NCBI GenBank assembly: GCA_002401725.1
Contig: NVTW01000009.1
Span: forward strand, 32,258-94,852
Reading direction: 5' to 3'
DNA length: 62,595 nucleotides
Source of the DNA: Gammaproteobacteria bacterium
GTDB taxonomy: Bacteria > Pseudomonadota > Gammaproteobacteria > Enterobacterales > Alteromonadaceae
Each line of letters begins with the position of its first letter. Position 1 is the first letter of the stretch. The notes beneath the pieces are model-generated. The model was not told the DNA's origin, searched no databases, and worked only from the letters and a program-made list of their open reading frames with translations. This document shows, in pieces, positions 45,535 to 55,300 of the stretch. The position numbers were made by a program, and so were the translations under genes.

Positions 45535-45986
45535 TGGCAACTAATATTGCAAAAATTAGCGCCGCTATTGTGGCGTTATTAAATTCAGCACAACTCGGCA
45601 CCTTTTACGAAAAAGAGCGTTTTACTAAAAATACTCGTGACATGGCAGCCCTGTACGGTGAAGAGGTAAACGGCGGTTATATTCGTTTGAGCTCGCGTAA
45701 ACGCGTTAATGATTATGATAACCGACACGTTATAACGTTGCGCTTTCAAATTGTGTATTTACTGGTTTTTAGTGACGAAAATGACAGCCAGTTAACGTTT
45801 GAAGACAACCTTGAGCTTTTTGACGATGTATTTATGACCACTGATGAAATAGAAGCAAGCACGCAAGCCAGTCATCGCACCGATGATAGTACGGGCTTAA
45901 CCGTTGATGATACTCAACCGGTGATGTTTGCAGGGGTGTTATGCCATCGAGCATTAATGAATATTACCGTTGAATATTTTGAATAA
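45534..45986 (+). CDS. tail-completion region protein (unknown family)
   Basis: 150-aa ORF with ATGA-type coupling. Confidence 0.45.
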   Translation: MATNIAKISAAIVALLNSAQLGTFYEKERFTKNTRDMAALYGEEVNGGYIRLSSRKRVNDYDNRHVITLRFQIVYLLVFSDENDSQLTFEDNLELFDDVFMTTDEIEASTQASHRTDDSTGLTVDDTQPVMFAGVLCHRALMNITVEYFE

Positions 45987-45999
45987 AGAGGACACTAAT

Positions 46000-46212
46000 A
46001 TGAACAAGAGTATGAACAAAAACATACAAATTACCGCCAGTGCAGACATTACTCGCGCGGGTATCGCTTTTAAAAAAGGCGATAGCAAAATTTTTAAACA
46101 CGGTGAATTAACACCGGCGCAATTAGCACAAATTGATGCGGTTGTTGAGCTAACGGTTAAGCACGTTGCTTCAAACAGCACAAAATCATCTGTTAAAAAG
46201 GAAACTCACTAA
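46000..46212 (+). CDS. hypothetical small structural-region protein
   Basis: ATG 46000 is preceded by AAGAGGA. Confidence 0.4.
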   Translation: MNKSMNKNIQITASADITRAGIAFKKGDSKIFKHGELTPAQLAQIDAVVELTVKHVASNSTKSSVKKETH

Positions 46213-47141
46213 TGGCTCGTAAAATACGTAATAAATATTTTGTCCTGGCGCTGCGCCGTGTCGGTACAGACAACTACGGTGAAGATTACATTGCTGCTGG
46301 TGCAATTCCGCAAGTTTTACAAACTTCTGGTGCAAAAATCACCCCCTTAGCCGGTGAAGAAATTGATCGCGATTTAGATGACGGCGGTACCGGCAATAGT
46401 TTAGTAATGATGGTTGGTGACAAAGTGCAAATTACCGGCAAAGTTGAAATTAGCGGTAGTGGTACCAATAACCTTGCCACCAAGTATGCGGCATTACATC
46501 AAATTTGTGGTCGTGCACAAGCGATCAATGGTGCAATTGATGTCGGTTATACCCGAGTAACCGATGGCTCTGAGTTAGATGCCTGTGTGTATTTTTATAT
46601 GGACGGCGCACTACACAAAGCCTTTGGTGTTCGTGGCAAACGCAAAGCGATGTATAAAACCGGTGAAATCCCCTATTACGAATTTGAATTATTGGGTATT
46701 TATGGCGGTATTGTTACCGGTGCCTTTACGACACCTGACTTTACTGGTTACCAAAAACCGTTAAAAGTGGGTAAAACCTACACCAGTTTTACCCTTGATG
46801 GTGTCGTACGCAAGCTGATTGAAATAGAGCTTGATGATGGTAACGAAGTTGAATTAGAAGAATATGTAGGTTACGAAGAGGTATTAATTGGCGACTTTAA
46901 GCCCACTGGCAAAATGGTGATTGAAGCCCCTAATTTAAGTGTGTTTGATCCCTTTGCCGTGGCGCGCAGTGAAGCAACCATGCCGTTTGCCCTAACCCAT
47001 GGTACTGCGGCCGGTTTTATTGTGAAAGAAGCTAGCGCATCAATACAACTGGGTCGCCCAGAATACGGTGACAGAAATGGCACGTTAACCTATGAAATTC
47101 CGTTTCGGTTAATTACCGACACTACGACAACCACCAGCTAA
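46212..47141 (+). CDS. major tail tube protein (siphovirus-type)
   Basis: 309 aa immediately upstream of the G/GT chaperone pair and the tape measure. No sheath gene is present. Confidence 0.6.
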   Translation: MARKIRNKYFVLALRRVGTDNYGEDYIAAGAIPQVLQTSGAKITPLAGEEIDRDLDDGGTGNSLVMMVGDKVQITGKVEISGSGTNNLATKYAALHQICGRAQAINGAIDVGYTRVTDGSELDACVYFYMDGALHKAFGVRGKRKAMYKTGEIPYYEFELLGIYGGIVTGAFTTPDFTGYQKPLKVGKTYTSFTLDGVVRKLIEIELDDGNEVELEEYVGYEEVLIGDFKPTGKMVIEAPNLSVFDPFAVARSEATMPFALTHGTAAGFIVKEASASIQLGRPEYGDRNGTLTYEIPFRLITDTTTTTS

Positions 47142-47167
47142 AACCACCAGCTAAAAAGAGAATAACT

Positions 47168-47482
47168 ATGGCTTTTAAAATTAAAAAAGTAACCACTGCC
47201 GTTTGGCCAGTAGCCGCACCAATACCGCAAGATGGCGGCACCATTGAAGATCATCATTTTTTTGTGCGCTTTAATCGATTAGCGCAAGCAAAATTTGATG
47301 AATTAAGCGCGCAAGGTGATCAAGCCTTGCTCGGAGCAGCGATTGCTGGCGTTGGCGAAAACGAAGACAGCGTTAAAGCGGATAAGAAAGCCACCACCGA
47401 AATGTTAGCTGAAGCTAATTACCGGGCTGGTTTATATAGCGCTTACCTTGATTTTATTGTCGGTAATAAAGCAAAAAACTAA
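47168..47482 (+). CDS. tail assembly chaperone G
   Basis: 104 aa, ending in the slippery site upstream of the tape measure. Confidence 0.65.
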   Translation: MAFKIKKVTTAVWPVAAPIPQDGGTIEDHHFFVRFNRLAQAKFDELSAQGDQALLGAAIAGVGENEDSVKADKKATTEMLAEANYRAGLYSAYLDFIVGNKAKN

Positions 47483-47847
47483 TTGAGGCGGCTCAACGCT
47501 GGATTGTCGGCCCTGGTGTTAGTCAAAGCGATGTTGATGATATTCGCAAAGAAATGACGGCCTTTAATGCCTCTGAAAAACAAATAAGCGCCGAAATAGC
47601 CCGTTTACAACAAGATGAAATTGCGCTCTTTGATGATTGCTTTGCGTTGTTTAATTGGTTTGTTGAAATAGATGATTTATTTTTATTTGATCAAGGTTTT
47701 TGTTTGGGCTTAGACGTTAAAGCTTTACAGGCCGAGGCACAAATGAGTAACAGAAGCATTGAAAAAGAAGACTTTAGGTTGCTACGGCAAATGGGTAAGG
47801 CAGCTGCGGCCGCACTGAATGAAAAGCGTCAAGGTAGTCAAGATTAG
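47168..47847 (+). CDS. tail assembly chaperone GT (-1 frameshift product)
   Basis: The -1 frame is open from 47479 to 47847 and contains track ORF 47554-47847. Confidence 0.6.
47473..47479 (+). promoter_or_regulatory. programmed -1 ribosomal frameshift heptamer A_AAA_AAC
   Basis: The zero frame reads gcA AAA AAC TAA. This is a canonical X_XXY_YYZ slippery sequence placed 1 codon before the G stop. Confidence 0.65.
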
Positions 47848-47960
47848 TGGCTAGAAAATAACAGCCGGCTTACCAGATAGCCAAAGCCCCAGCAAATAAA
47901 TAACGCTAAAAAAATTAATTTAATCAATATCATTTGTGGATTATAGGAGCAAACAAGTAA

Positions 47961-50804
47961 ATGAGCAATGATCTTAATTACATGATCCGCATGAAAGCCG
48001 ATGTAAACGGTGTTTTGCAAGGTCAAAGTAAAGTGACGGCTCAACAACGGGTGCTTAATAATGTGCTTAATAAAACCAATGCCACCGGCAAACATGCCGC
48101 CCGTGGTATTGGCGTAGCCACAAAAGCCAACAATATGCTGGCTAAAAGTATTCAGCATGCAGCGCATATGGCGGTAGGTACTTTTGGTTTATTTCAATTG
48201 CAACGAGCCGGTGCCGCTGCCTTAGATACACTGGGTAAATATCAAGATTTACGTACCCGTATAACTGGGCTTACTGGTTCTACGCAAGCCTATAGCCAAG
48301 CCGAAGCCTATTTGGTGGATGTTTCGCGTCGTCATAACAAAGAGGTTTTAGTACTTGCAGATAGCTACAGTAAATTATTAGCGCTACAAAAAGGCGGCAT
48401 TCTGACTCAGCAAGAGTCAAAACAAATATTAGAAGGTATGAGTAATGCCGCTAGCCATTTTGGTGCTAGTTCTGAGCAACTTAAACAATCGTTATTTGGT
48501 ATGTCGCAAGGTTTGACCTCACCGATATTGCGTGCTGAAGAATTAAATCAAGTGGTTGAACCTTTACCAGGGCTGTTACAAGATTTAGATAAAGCGGCAA
48601 AATTACCTGCAGGTGGCTTTAGGCAAATGGTCGTTGCCGGCAAAATAACCAGTGACTTTTTTAAATCAACGTTAATAAAAGCCTTTAAAAGTTATGAAGG
48701 CGCAGCGGCGGCAACCAGTGACAATGTTAACGCTAAATTTGCACAACTTAATACCACGTACACGTTGATGGTTGCCGCTTTTGAAAAACCGATAAATAGT
48801 AGTTTAGATACTTTTTTTACTGGTGCTAACGATAGCATGCAAGTGTTTACTGATAATGCCGAGTTAATTACTAATGCTGTTGGCACAGTAATGACGTTTG
48901 CGTTAATAAGAGCAACCGTTGCATTAGGTAATTATACCGCCAAAAAAATCAGCACGGCTATAGCCAGTAAAGTAGCTGCAGACGCTGAGATACTAGCTGA
49001 AAGAAAACTGATCATAATTAAAACAGAAGCAGCTCATATAGCAGCACTTGTAGCTAATAAGAAAGCATTGGAAGCGCAAGCAACCGCGAAACAATTGGCA
49101 AGTACTTATGCTAGCGTTGCTGCAGTTAAGAATTTAGCCGTAGCTAATGTCCAAGTAGCGGCTAGTGAACGAGCATTAATAACCACAAGAGCCGCTTTAA
49201 TTGCTCCTACTGTACGTTTAAGCTTAGCCACAAAAACACTGAGCATAATGAGTGGTGTGGTTGGTGGTTTACCTGGTTTATTAACCTTAGCTGCTTTCAG
49301 TATGTACAGCTTTGCTAGCAGCACCGACGAGGCAGCAAATAAAGCTAAAAAATTAAATCACGCGACTAAAAATTTAAATCCTTTTGCTAATTACACCGCT
49401 TCGGCAGCAAAGGCAGCCTTGCAACGTTATCAAGGTCAACTCGCTTTAGCTGAACAATTAGCCGATGAAGCTCGCGTAAGATTTAACAATACTTTTTTGA
49501 AAGGTACTGTTGGTCAGGTAAAAATTGCCGAAAAAAATGTTGAAATATTGACAAAAAAAATAGCTGCGTTACAAGCAATTTTAGAAAAGCCAAAAAAAGC
49601 AACGAATGTTTCTAAGGTGAATACTAACGCCCAAAGTTTACTTAACAACCTTAACAAGCAAGTTGCTTTATACGGTAAGGTTGGCGAAGTTGCTAAAATA
49701 CGTTATGCCATTGAACACGGCGCACTAAAAGGAATTAATAAAGAATTAAAAGCTCAAATTTTATCGGCAGCGAGTCAATTAGATAATAAATCAGGTCAAG
49801 CACAGTTAGCGCAATTAGAAGCATCGTTAAAAACTCAAGAGCAAGCCATAAATATCAGCTATAAGCGCCGACTGGCTATCGCAAAAAACAATTTAGGTAC
49901 TAGTGCAGCCGATAAACTTCGTTTTACGGCGATTGAACTTAAATTACAAAAACAACGCGATAAGCAATTAGATGATTTAGCGCAACAGCGCGTAGATAAA
50001 CAAACTCAACGAGAGAATGAACTTCGTCAATTACAAGATCAACAACGCCGTGATCAATGGGATACCGAAATAGCCCAGCTACAAGGTTTTAATGATCGTA
50101 AAGAAGCTGAAGAACAAGCCCATCAAGACAGAATGCGCGATATTCGTTTACGCAATGCGGGTCAATATGGTGATGTGGTGCGCCAATTTGTGCAGTTTGA
50201 TCGCTCTAGTGGTGCAGACCGTTTAAGTGTTGGTTTACAAATAGCGCAGGGCTTAACTTCAATTAATGCCAATGAAAGCAAAAAGCAATTTGAGCTCAAT
50301 AAAAAAGTCAGTATTGCGAATGCCATGGTGTCAACCTTTTTAGCGATAACTAATGCTTATGCTGACTTACCTTATCCGGTAAATATTGCAGCTTCTATCG
50401 CCATTGGCGCAATGGGATTAGCTAATGTTGCCAGAATTCGTAGCCAACAATTTCAAGGGCAAGCCCATGATGGCCTTGGTCGTGTTATGGCACGTAACGA
50501 AGGTACTTGGGTATTAAAACAAGATGAAATGGTATTAAACCCGCAACAACGTGACAATTTTGAAACCTTAGTTAACTACGCCAAACAGCAAGAAAGCAGC
50601 CCTAATCAAGCGTCAGCCTATGCAGGTACCACAGTAAATATTTCAAACAGTTATCAAATTGATGCCACGGGAGCAGCGCCGGGTGTTGAAACTGCCATTG
50701 AAGCGGCGTTGGATGAAGCTAATCGTAGAATGCGCCAAGAATTAGCCGATGATTTTGGTAATGGTGGCCCCTTAGCACAACGACTAAAAGGCCAAGCCGC
50801 ATGA
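47961..50804 (+). CDS. tail tape measure protein
   Basis: 947 aa, Ala/Gln-rich helical protein with TM-like central segments. Positioned after G/GT. Confidence 0.9.
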   Translation: MSNDLNYMIRMKADVNGVLQGQSKVTAQQRVLNNVLNKTNATGKHAARGIGVATKANNMLAKSIQHAAHMAVGTFGLFQLQRAGAAALDTLGKYQDLRTRITGLTGSTQAYSQAEAYLVDVSRRHNKEVLVLADSYSKLLALQKGGILTQQESKQILEGMSNAASHFGASSEQLKQSLFGMSQGLTSPILRAEELNQVVEPLPGLLQDLDKAAKLPAGGFRQMVVAGKITSDFFKSTLIKAFKSYEGAAAATSDNVNAKFAQLNTTYTLMVAAFEKPINSSLDTFFTGANDSMQVFTDNAELITNAVGTVMTFALIRATVALGNYTAKKISTAIASKVAADAEILAERKLIIIKTEAAHIAALVANKKALEAQATAKQLASTYASVAAVKNLAVANVQVAASERALITTRAALIAPTVRLSLATKTLSIMSGVVGGLPGLLTLAAFSMYSFASSTDEAANKAKKLNHATKNLNPFANYTASAAKAALQRYQGQLALAEQLADEARVRFNNTFLKGTVGQVKIAEKNVEILTKKIAALQAILEKPKKATNVSKVNTNAQSLLNNLNKQVALYGKVGEVAKIRYAIEHGALKGINKELKAQILSAASQLDNKSGQAQLAQLEASLKTQEQAINISYKRRLAIAKNNLGTSAADKLRFTAIELKLQKQRDKQLDDLAQQRVDKQTQRENELRQLQDQQRRDQWDTEIAQLQGFNDRKEAEEQAHQDRMRDIRLRNAGQYGDVVRQFVQFDRSSGADRLSVGLQIAQGLTSINANESKKQFELNKKVSIANAMVSTFLAITNAYADLPYPVNIAASIAIGAMGLANVARIRSQQFQGQAHDGLGRVMARNEGTWVLKQDEMVLNPQQRDNFETLVNYAKQQESSPNQASAYAGTTVNISNSYQIDATGAAPGVETAIEAALDEANRRMRQELADDFGNGGPLAQRLKGQAA

Positions 50805-51403
50805 GTATTTTTACTTTTCCTGAAATTTTACCCAGTAAATGTAGCTTTAAAGTGCAAGCCAATACTAAAGCCTTGTTTAGCCCTTACAACCAAGTAGAAG
50901 AAATTTGGCAAGGCAGTGGCGAAAAATGGTTAGTAAGTTTGTATTACCGCGTATTAAAACGAGAAGACGGTATAGCCTTACGCGCCCATATTCATCGCTT
51001 ACAAGGGCAGGTGAATAGAACCCAAATAAGAGACTTTAGCCATATTAATCGCGGTAGCTTTGCCGGAACACCTTTGGTTAATAGTGCTGGACAATATGGT
51101 TTAGTACTTAATGTAAAAGGCTTTACTGCTAATACCGCCGTTGCCTTTGCCGGGGATAGATTTCAAGTAGCTGATCGTTTGCATGAATTAACCGCTGATG
51201 TAATTAGTGATGTTTTGGGTAATGCAACATTACCACTATGGCCAGAAATTATTAATAGCCCCGCGATAAATGAGCCATTAATTACCCTAAATCCTCGTAG
51301 TAAATTTATGGTGAAGGATCCCATGCAAATGCCTGACTTTGCGAGAAGCGCCCGATTTTTTAAAGATATTCGCCTTGATTTTATTGAGACATTACGCCCA
51401 TGA
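50801..51403 (+). CDS. distal tail protein (GTA gp12 / lambda M-like position)
   Basis: Overlap-coupled to the tape measure gene. Confidence 0.55.
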   Translation: MSIFTFPEILPSKCSFKVQANTKALFSPYNQVEEIWQGSGEKWLVSLYYRVLKREDGIALRAHIHRLQGQVNRTQIRDFSHINRGSFAGTPLVNSAGQYGLVLNVKGFTANTAVAFAGDRFQVADRLHELTADVISDVLGNATLPLWPEIINSPAINEPLITLNPRSKFMVKDPMQMPDFARSARFFKDIRLDFIETLRP

Positions 51404-51963
51404 GTATTCAAAAACTAATGTTTGTTGAGCTTGAATTTCCTAACGGCTGGGTGCGTGTGCACACCGGCATAGGCAATAGAACGTATAACGGCAACAGTTA
51501 TCAGGGCATTGGCGCATTGGGCAAAATAGGCGCGGTAAAAGAAAACGCCGGTGAGTCGGCAAACCGCATAACGTTAAGCTTAGTGATTAATGACGCTACC
51601 TTGATTAATGAAGTGATGGGCTTAGATCCCATCGGTAATGATTGCATGATCCATTTGGTTGACTTAGATGTTAATAGGCAAATAAGTACGGGGCATTTGA
51701 TATTTGATGGTGAAATGGTCGATTTTCAATTGAAAAAAGGCAAGCCGGCATTGATCAATGTAATTTGCAGCGATTGGATGGAACGCTGGGCAAGCCCTGC
51801 AAATAATGTGCGTTGTACTGATGCTGCCCAACAAGCGCTTTATCCGGGTGATCAATTTTTTAATCAGGTTGAAGTACTTGCTGGCGCACCTATTAGTAGT
51901 GTTCCCGTTGGTACCGGTGGCAGAGGTAGTGAGCCTCGTGACGGTAGAGGGCACGGAAGATGA
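51400..51963 (+). CDS. minor tail protein (GTA gp13 / lambda L-like position)
   Basis: Overlap-coupled ORF in the tail-tip block. Confidence 0.55.
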   Translation: MSIQKLMFVELEFPNGWVRVHTGIGNRTYNGNSYQGIGALGKIGAVKENAGESANRITLSLVINDATLINEVMGLDPIGNDCMIHLVDLDVNRQISTGHLIFDGEMVDFQLKKGKPALINVICSDWMERWASPANNVRCTDAAQQALYPGDQFFNQVEVLAGAPISSVPVGTGGRGSEPRDGRGHGR

Positions 51964-52367
51964 ATAAATTAACTGAATTATTTGCTTTTATAGAACAACA
52001 TAAAAACACGCCATTTGCCTGGGGAAAATTTGATTGTTGCTTGTTTGCCGCCGATGCCATTACGTTATTAACCGGTAATGATCCTGCGGCAGAATTTCGC
52101 GGTAAATACAGTACGGCTTTAGGGGCTAAACGCGTTTTAAAACGTTATGGCAACGGTGATTTAGTGAATACCTTAATCGCAAAGCTAGGTGAGCCTAAAG
52201 CGGTGTTATGCGTTAACCGTGGTGATGCGGTATTAATTAATAATAACAATGATCCCGCAGTAGGCATTTGTTTAGGTAATTTTGTTGCTGTAGTAACCAC
52301 TGACGGACTAAAAACCGTAGCGCTTAACAAAATAACACTGGCGTGGGAGGTTTTATGCCACCCGTAG
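51960..52367 (+). CDS. tail-tip NlpC/P60-like (GTA gp14-like) protein
   Basis: PFAWGKFDCCLFAADAI…FRGKYST resembles the phage cell-wall peptidase-like family. Confidence 0.5.
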   Translation: MNKLTELFAFIEQHKNTPFAWGKFDCCLFAADAITLLTGNDPAAEFRGKYSTALGAKRVLKRYGNGDLVNTLIAKLGEPKAVLCVNRGDAVLINNNNDPAVGICLGNFVAVVTTDGLKTVALNKITLAWEVLCHP

Positions 52368-55300
52368 TTATCGCCGTTGTTGCTGGTGCTGCCGCTATTG
52401 GTGCCGGTGTTGCCATTGGTACGGCGATTGCCATTGGCTTAGCCGCTGGGGCGCTATCGTCAGTGATGTCGATAAAAATACCTTCAGCCCCCGATGTTGA
52501 AGATGTTACCCGCGAGCAACAATTACATACGTCAGCAGCGGCACCTCGTCGTGGTATATACGGCGAAACCACGGTAAGCGGTTTAATTGTTGGCTACGGT
52601 AAAGCCAATAACAAACATCATATGGTGATAGAAATTGCCGGCCATCCCTGTGAAGCGTTAGAAATATTCGAAATAGAGGGCAAAACCCCAGCAGAAATAG
52701 GCAGTAAAATAAAAATGACTGCCTATTTAGGCGATCAAACGGCAGTACATGCCCCGTTTAAAACGACGGTGCATGGCTGGACTAATGCCCATATTGGCAC
52801 GAAACAAACCTATGTTGCTTTAGAAGTAGATATTGATAATGAACTTTTCCCCAACGGTATTAATAAAGCGCTGTTTAAAGTAAAAGGCAAAAGACTTTAT
52901 GATCCTCGACTTGATAGTACCGTTGGCGGTGCGGGTAGTCACCGAGCTAATGACGAAACCACTTGGCAATGGACAGAAAACAGCGAATTAATTGCCTTTG
53001 ATTTTGCTCGCTTTGGTGGTTTTAAAGCACAGCCTTTGCGTCGTTTCGATTTAGCCCATGTTGCCGCGCAAGCCAATATATGTGATGAATTGGTCACGTT
53101 TAAAGATAAGGGCGTTAATAAAACTGAAAAACGTTTTACCTGTAATGGCAGTTATAATTTTAATGAACGCACCCCCCAAGTTTTAAAGAAAATACTAAGC
53201 AGTATGGGCGGTAAGGCTTATCGCAGTGGTGCGGTATTAAAACTGCAAGCTGCCGCTTTTGGCGGTATGAGTGCGACAACGTTAACCAGTAATGATGCGG
53301 CTGGCGAAATTCAGTATCGCCCTGCTCGACCAATACGCGAGCGCACTAACTTTGTACGCGGTGTTTATGTTGATCCCAATTTAAAATATCAACCGACCGA
53401 TTGTACGCCGCAAACTTCAAGTTTATATGTTACCCAAGATAACAATGTGCATTTAGAGCGCGATTTACAATTACACTTTACTCAAAGTGAAACCATGGCA
53501 CAGCGTTTATGCAAAATTGATCTCGAACGTAATCGAGCCGGTTTTGTGATCAATTTTCCGGCAAAAAGTGTCGGTTTAGAATGTTCGCCAGGGAAAGTGA
53601 TCACGCTCAACATTCCTGAAGATAATATTTTTAACAAAGCCTTTTTGGTTGAAGACTGGACTTACGATAACAATAGCAAAATAACTAATTTAGTGTTAAC
53701 GGAAGATGCAGTTGCATTATATAGCGATAGTTTAGTGCCGACACTAAAAGATTTGACGCCTAATTTAGTTATGCCTGATGCTACGGCAATTGCAGCGCCA
53801 ACAGGATTAAGTTATGAAAATTTACCTGCAGGTGGCAGCTATCAAGGACTATTGAAATGGAATAAAAACACTGATGCCAACGTGAGTGGCCACACGGTAA
53901 ATATTTACCAAGGCGGCGCTTCGTTTATGTGGGTGATGTTTGCTGATGATGCGGTTGGTACGGGCATTACCAGCAATGGCATCGGCAAAATCTATATTGG
54001 TGTAGCATTTAATAAACAAAGTAGCTCAGCCAGTTTAATTGCTACTGATTACACTTGGGTGTTAGCCGACGGAAATGGCATTTTAATGCCGCAATCGATA
54101 AGTGGTGAAGCGCGTTATTTATGGCTTAAATTTAGTATTGAACCAAGCACTATGGCGATTGTTGATGCGCCGAATAATCAGTTTATTGGCTACAGTATTG
54201 CTCAAACCGTGCAAGCAAAATCAAACAATACCAACGATTACCAATGGTTGTTAGCGACCAATAGTATTAGTTTAGCGCACGATGGTTTGTTGGTTTTGTC
54301 TACCGAAACAACGAGTAACCAGTTAACGATTAACAACCTAAATTTAGGTTTTCATAGCTTTGAAGTCATTGCTAAAAACATTTTTTATCAAAGTGCTGTA
54401 AGTACTTTAGTGGCTGAAGTACTTACCGATAGAACCATAGCAGAGCCGACGTTAAGTTTGGCGGCAAACAAGCATATATTTTTTACTGACAGTGCAGGAA
54501 CAACAACGCCAAGCAGTATTGTTATTACCGCAACACACAGTGACACTACTGTGTTGTACGATAATATTGTTTGGACGTTAACGCCGTCGATACCTTTTAC
54601 CAACAACAAACAAACTATATCCATAGCCGCTAGCGACTTTGGCGCGGATCAAGTGGTTAAAGTAAGTGCTGTATTGGCAGGTTTAACCGGTGAATTTACC
54701 TTATTAGGTGTTAAAGATGGTGCAAATGGCAATAACGGTTTATCAGCGTATGAAATATGGTTAAGCCAAGGTAATACCGGCACCGAAGCTGATTTTATTG
54801 CGTACTTAAATGCCACTGATGGTGTAAACGGCAATACTTGGCATTCAGTAACCAGTGGCGCACCTGCAGGTACATTAGGGGTATTGGGTGATTTTGCGTT
54901 GTCGGCTGGCCGCTATGTGTATGAAAAAACTGCGGCAGCAACGTGGACGTATGTTAAAGATTTATTAGGGCCGCAAGGTAATAACGGTTTATCAGCGTAT
55001 CAAATATGGTTAAACCAAGGTAACAGCGGCACCGAAGCTGATTTTATTGCGTACTTAAATGCCACTGATGGTGTAAACGGCAATACTTGGTTTTCGGTAA
55101 CCAGTGGCGCACCTGCAGGTACATTAGGCGTAGTAGGTGATTTCGCGTTGTCGGCTGGACGTTACGTTTATGAAAAAACCGCCGCAACAACGTGGACGTA
55201 TGTTAAAGATTTATTAGGGCCGCAAGGTATACCTGGCGACCCAGGACAACCAGGACAAAATGGCACTCGCGGCAGCCGTTGGTTTTATTATGCAATAACC

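Noticed and set aside
47844-48167. 107-aa minus-strand ORF overlapping the tape-measure start
   Set aside because: It is antisense to the tape measure and GT genes in a uniformly plus-strand operon, and its hydrophobic low-complexity translation points to an artefact.
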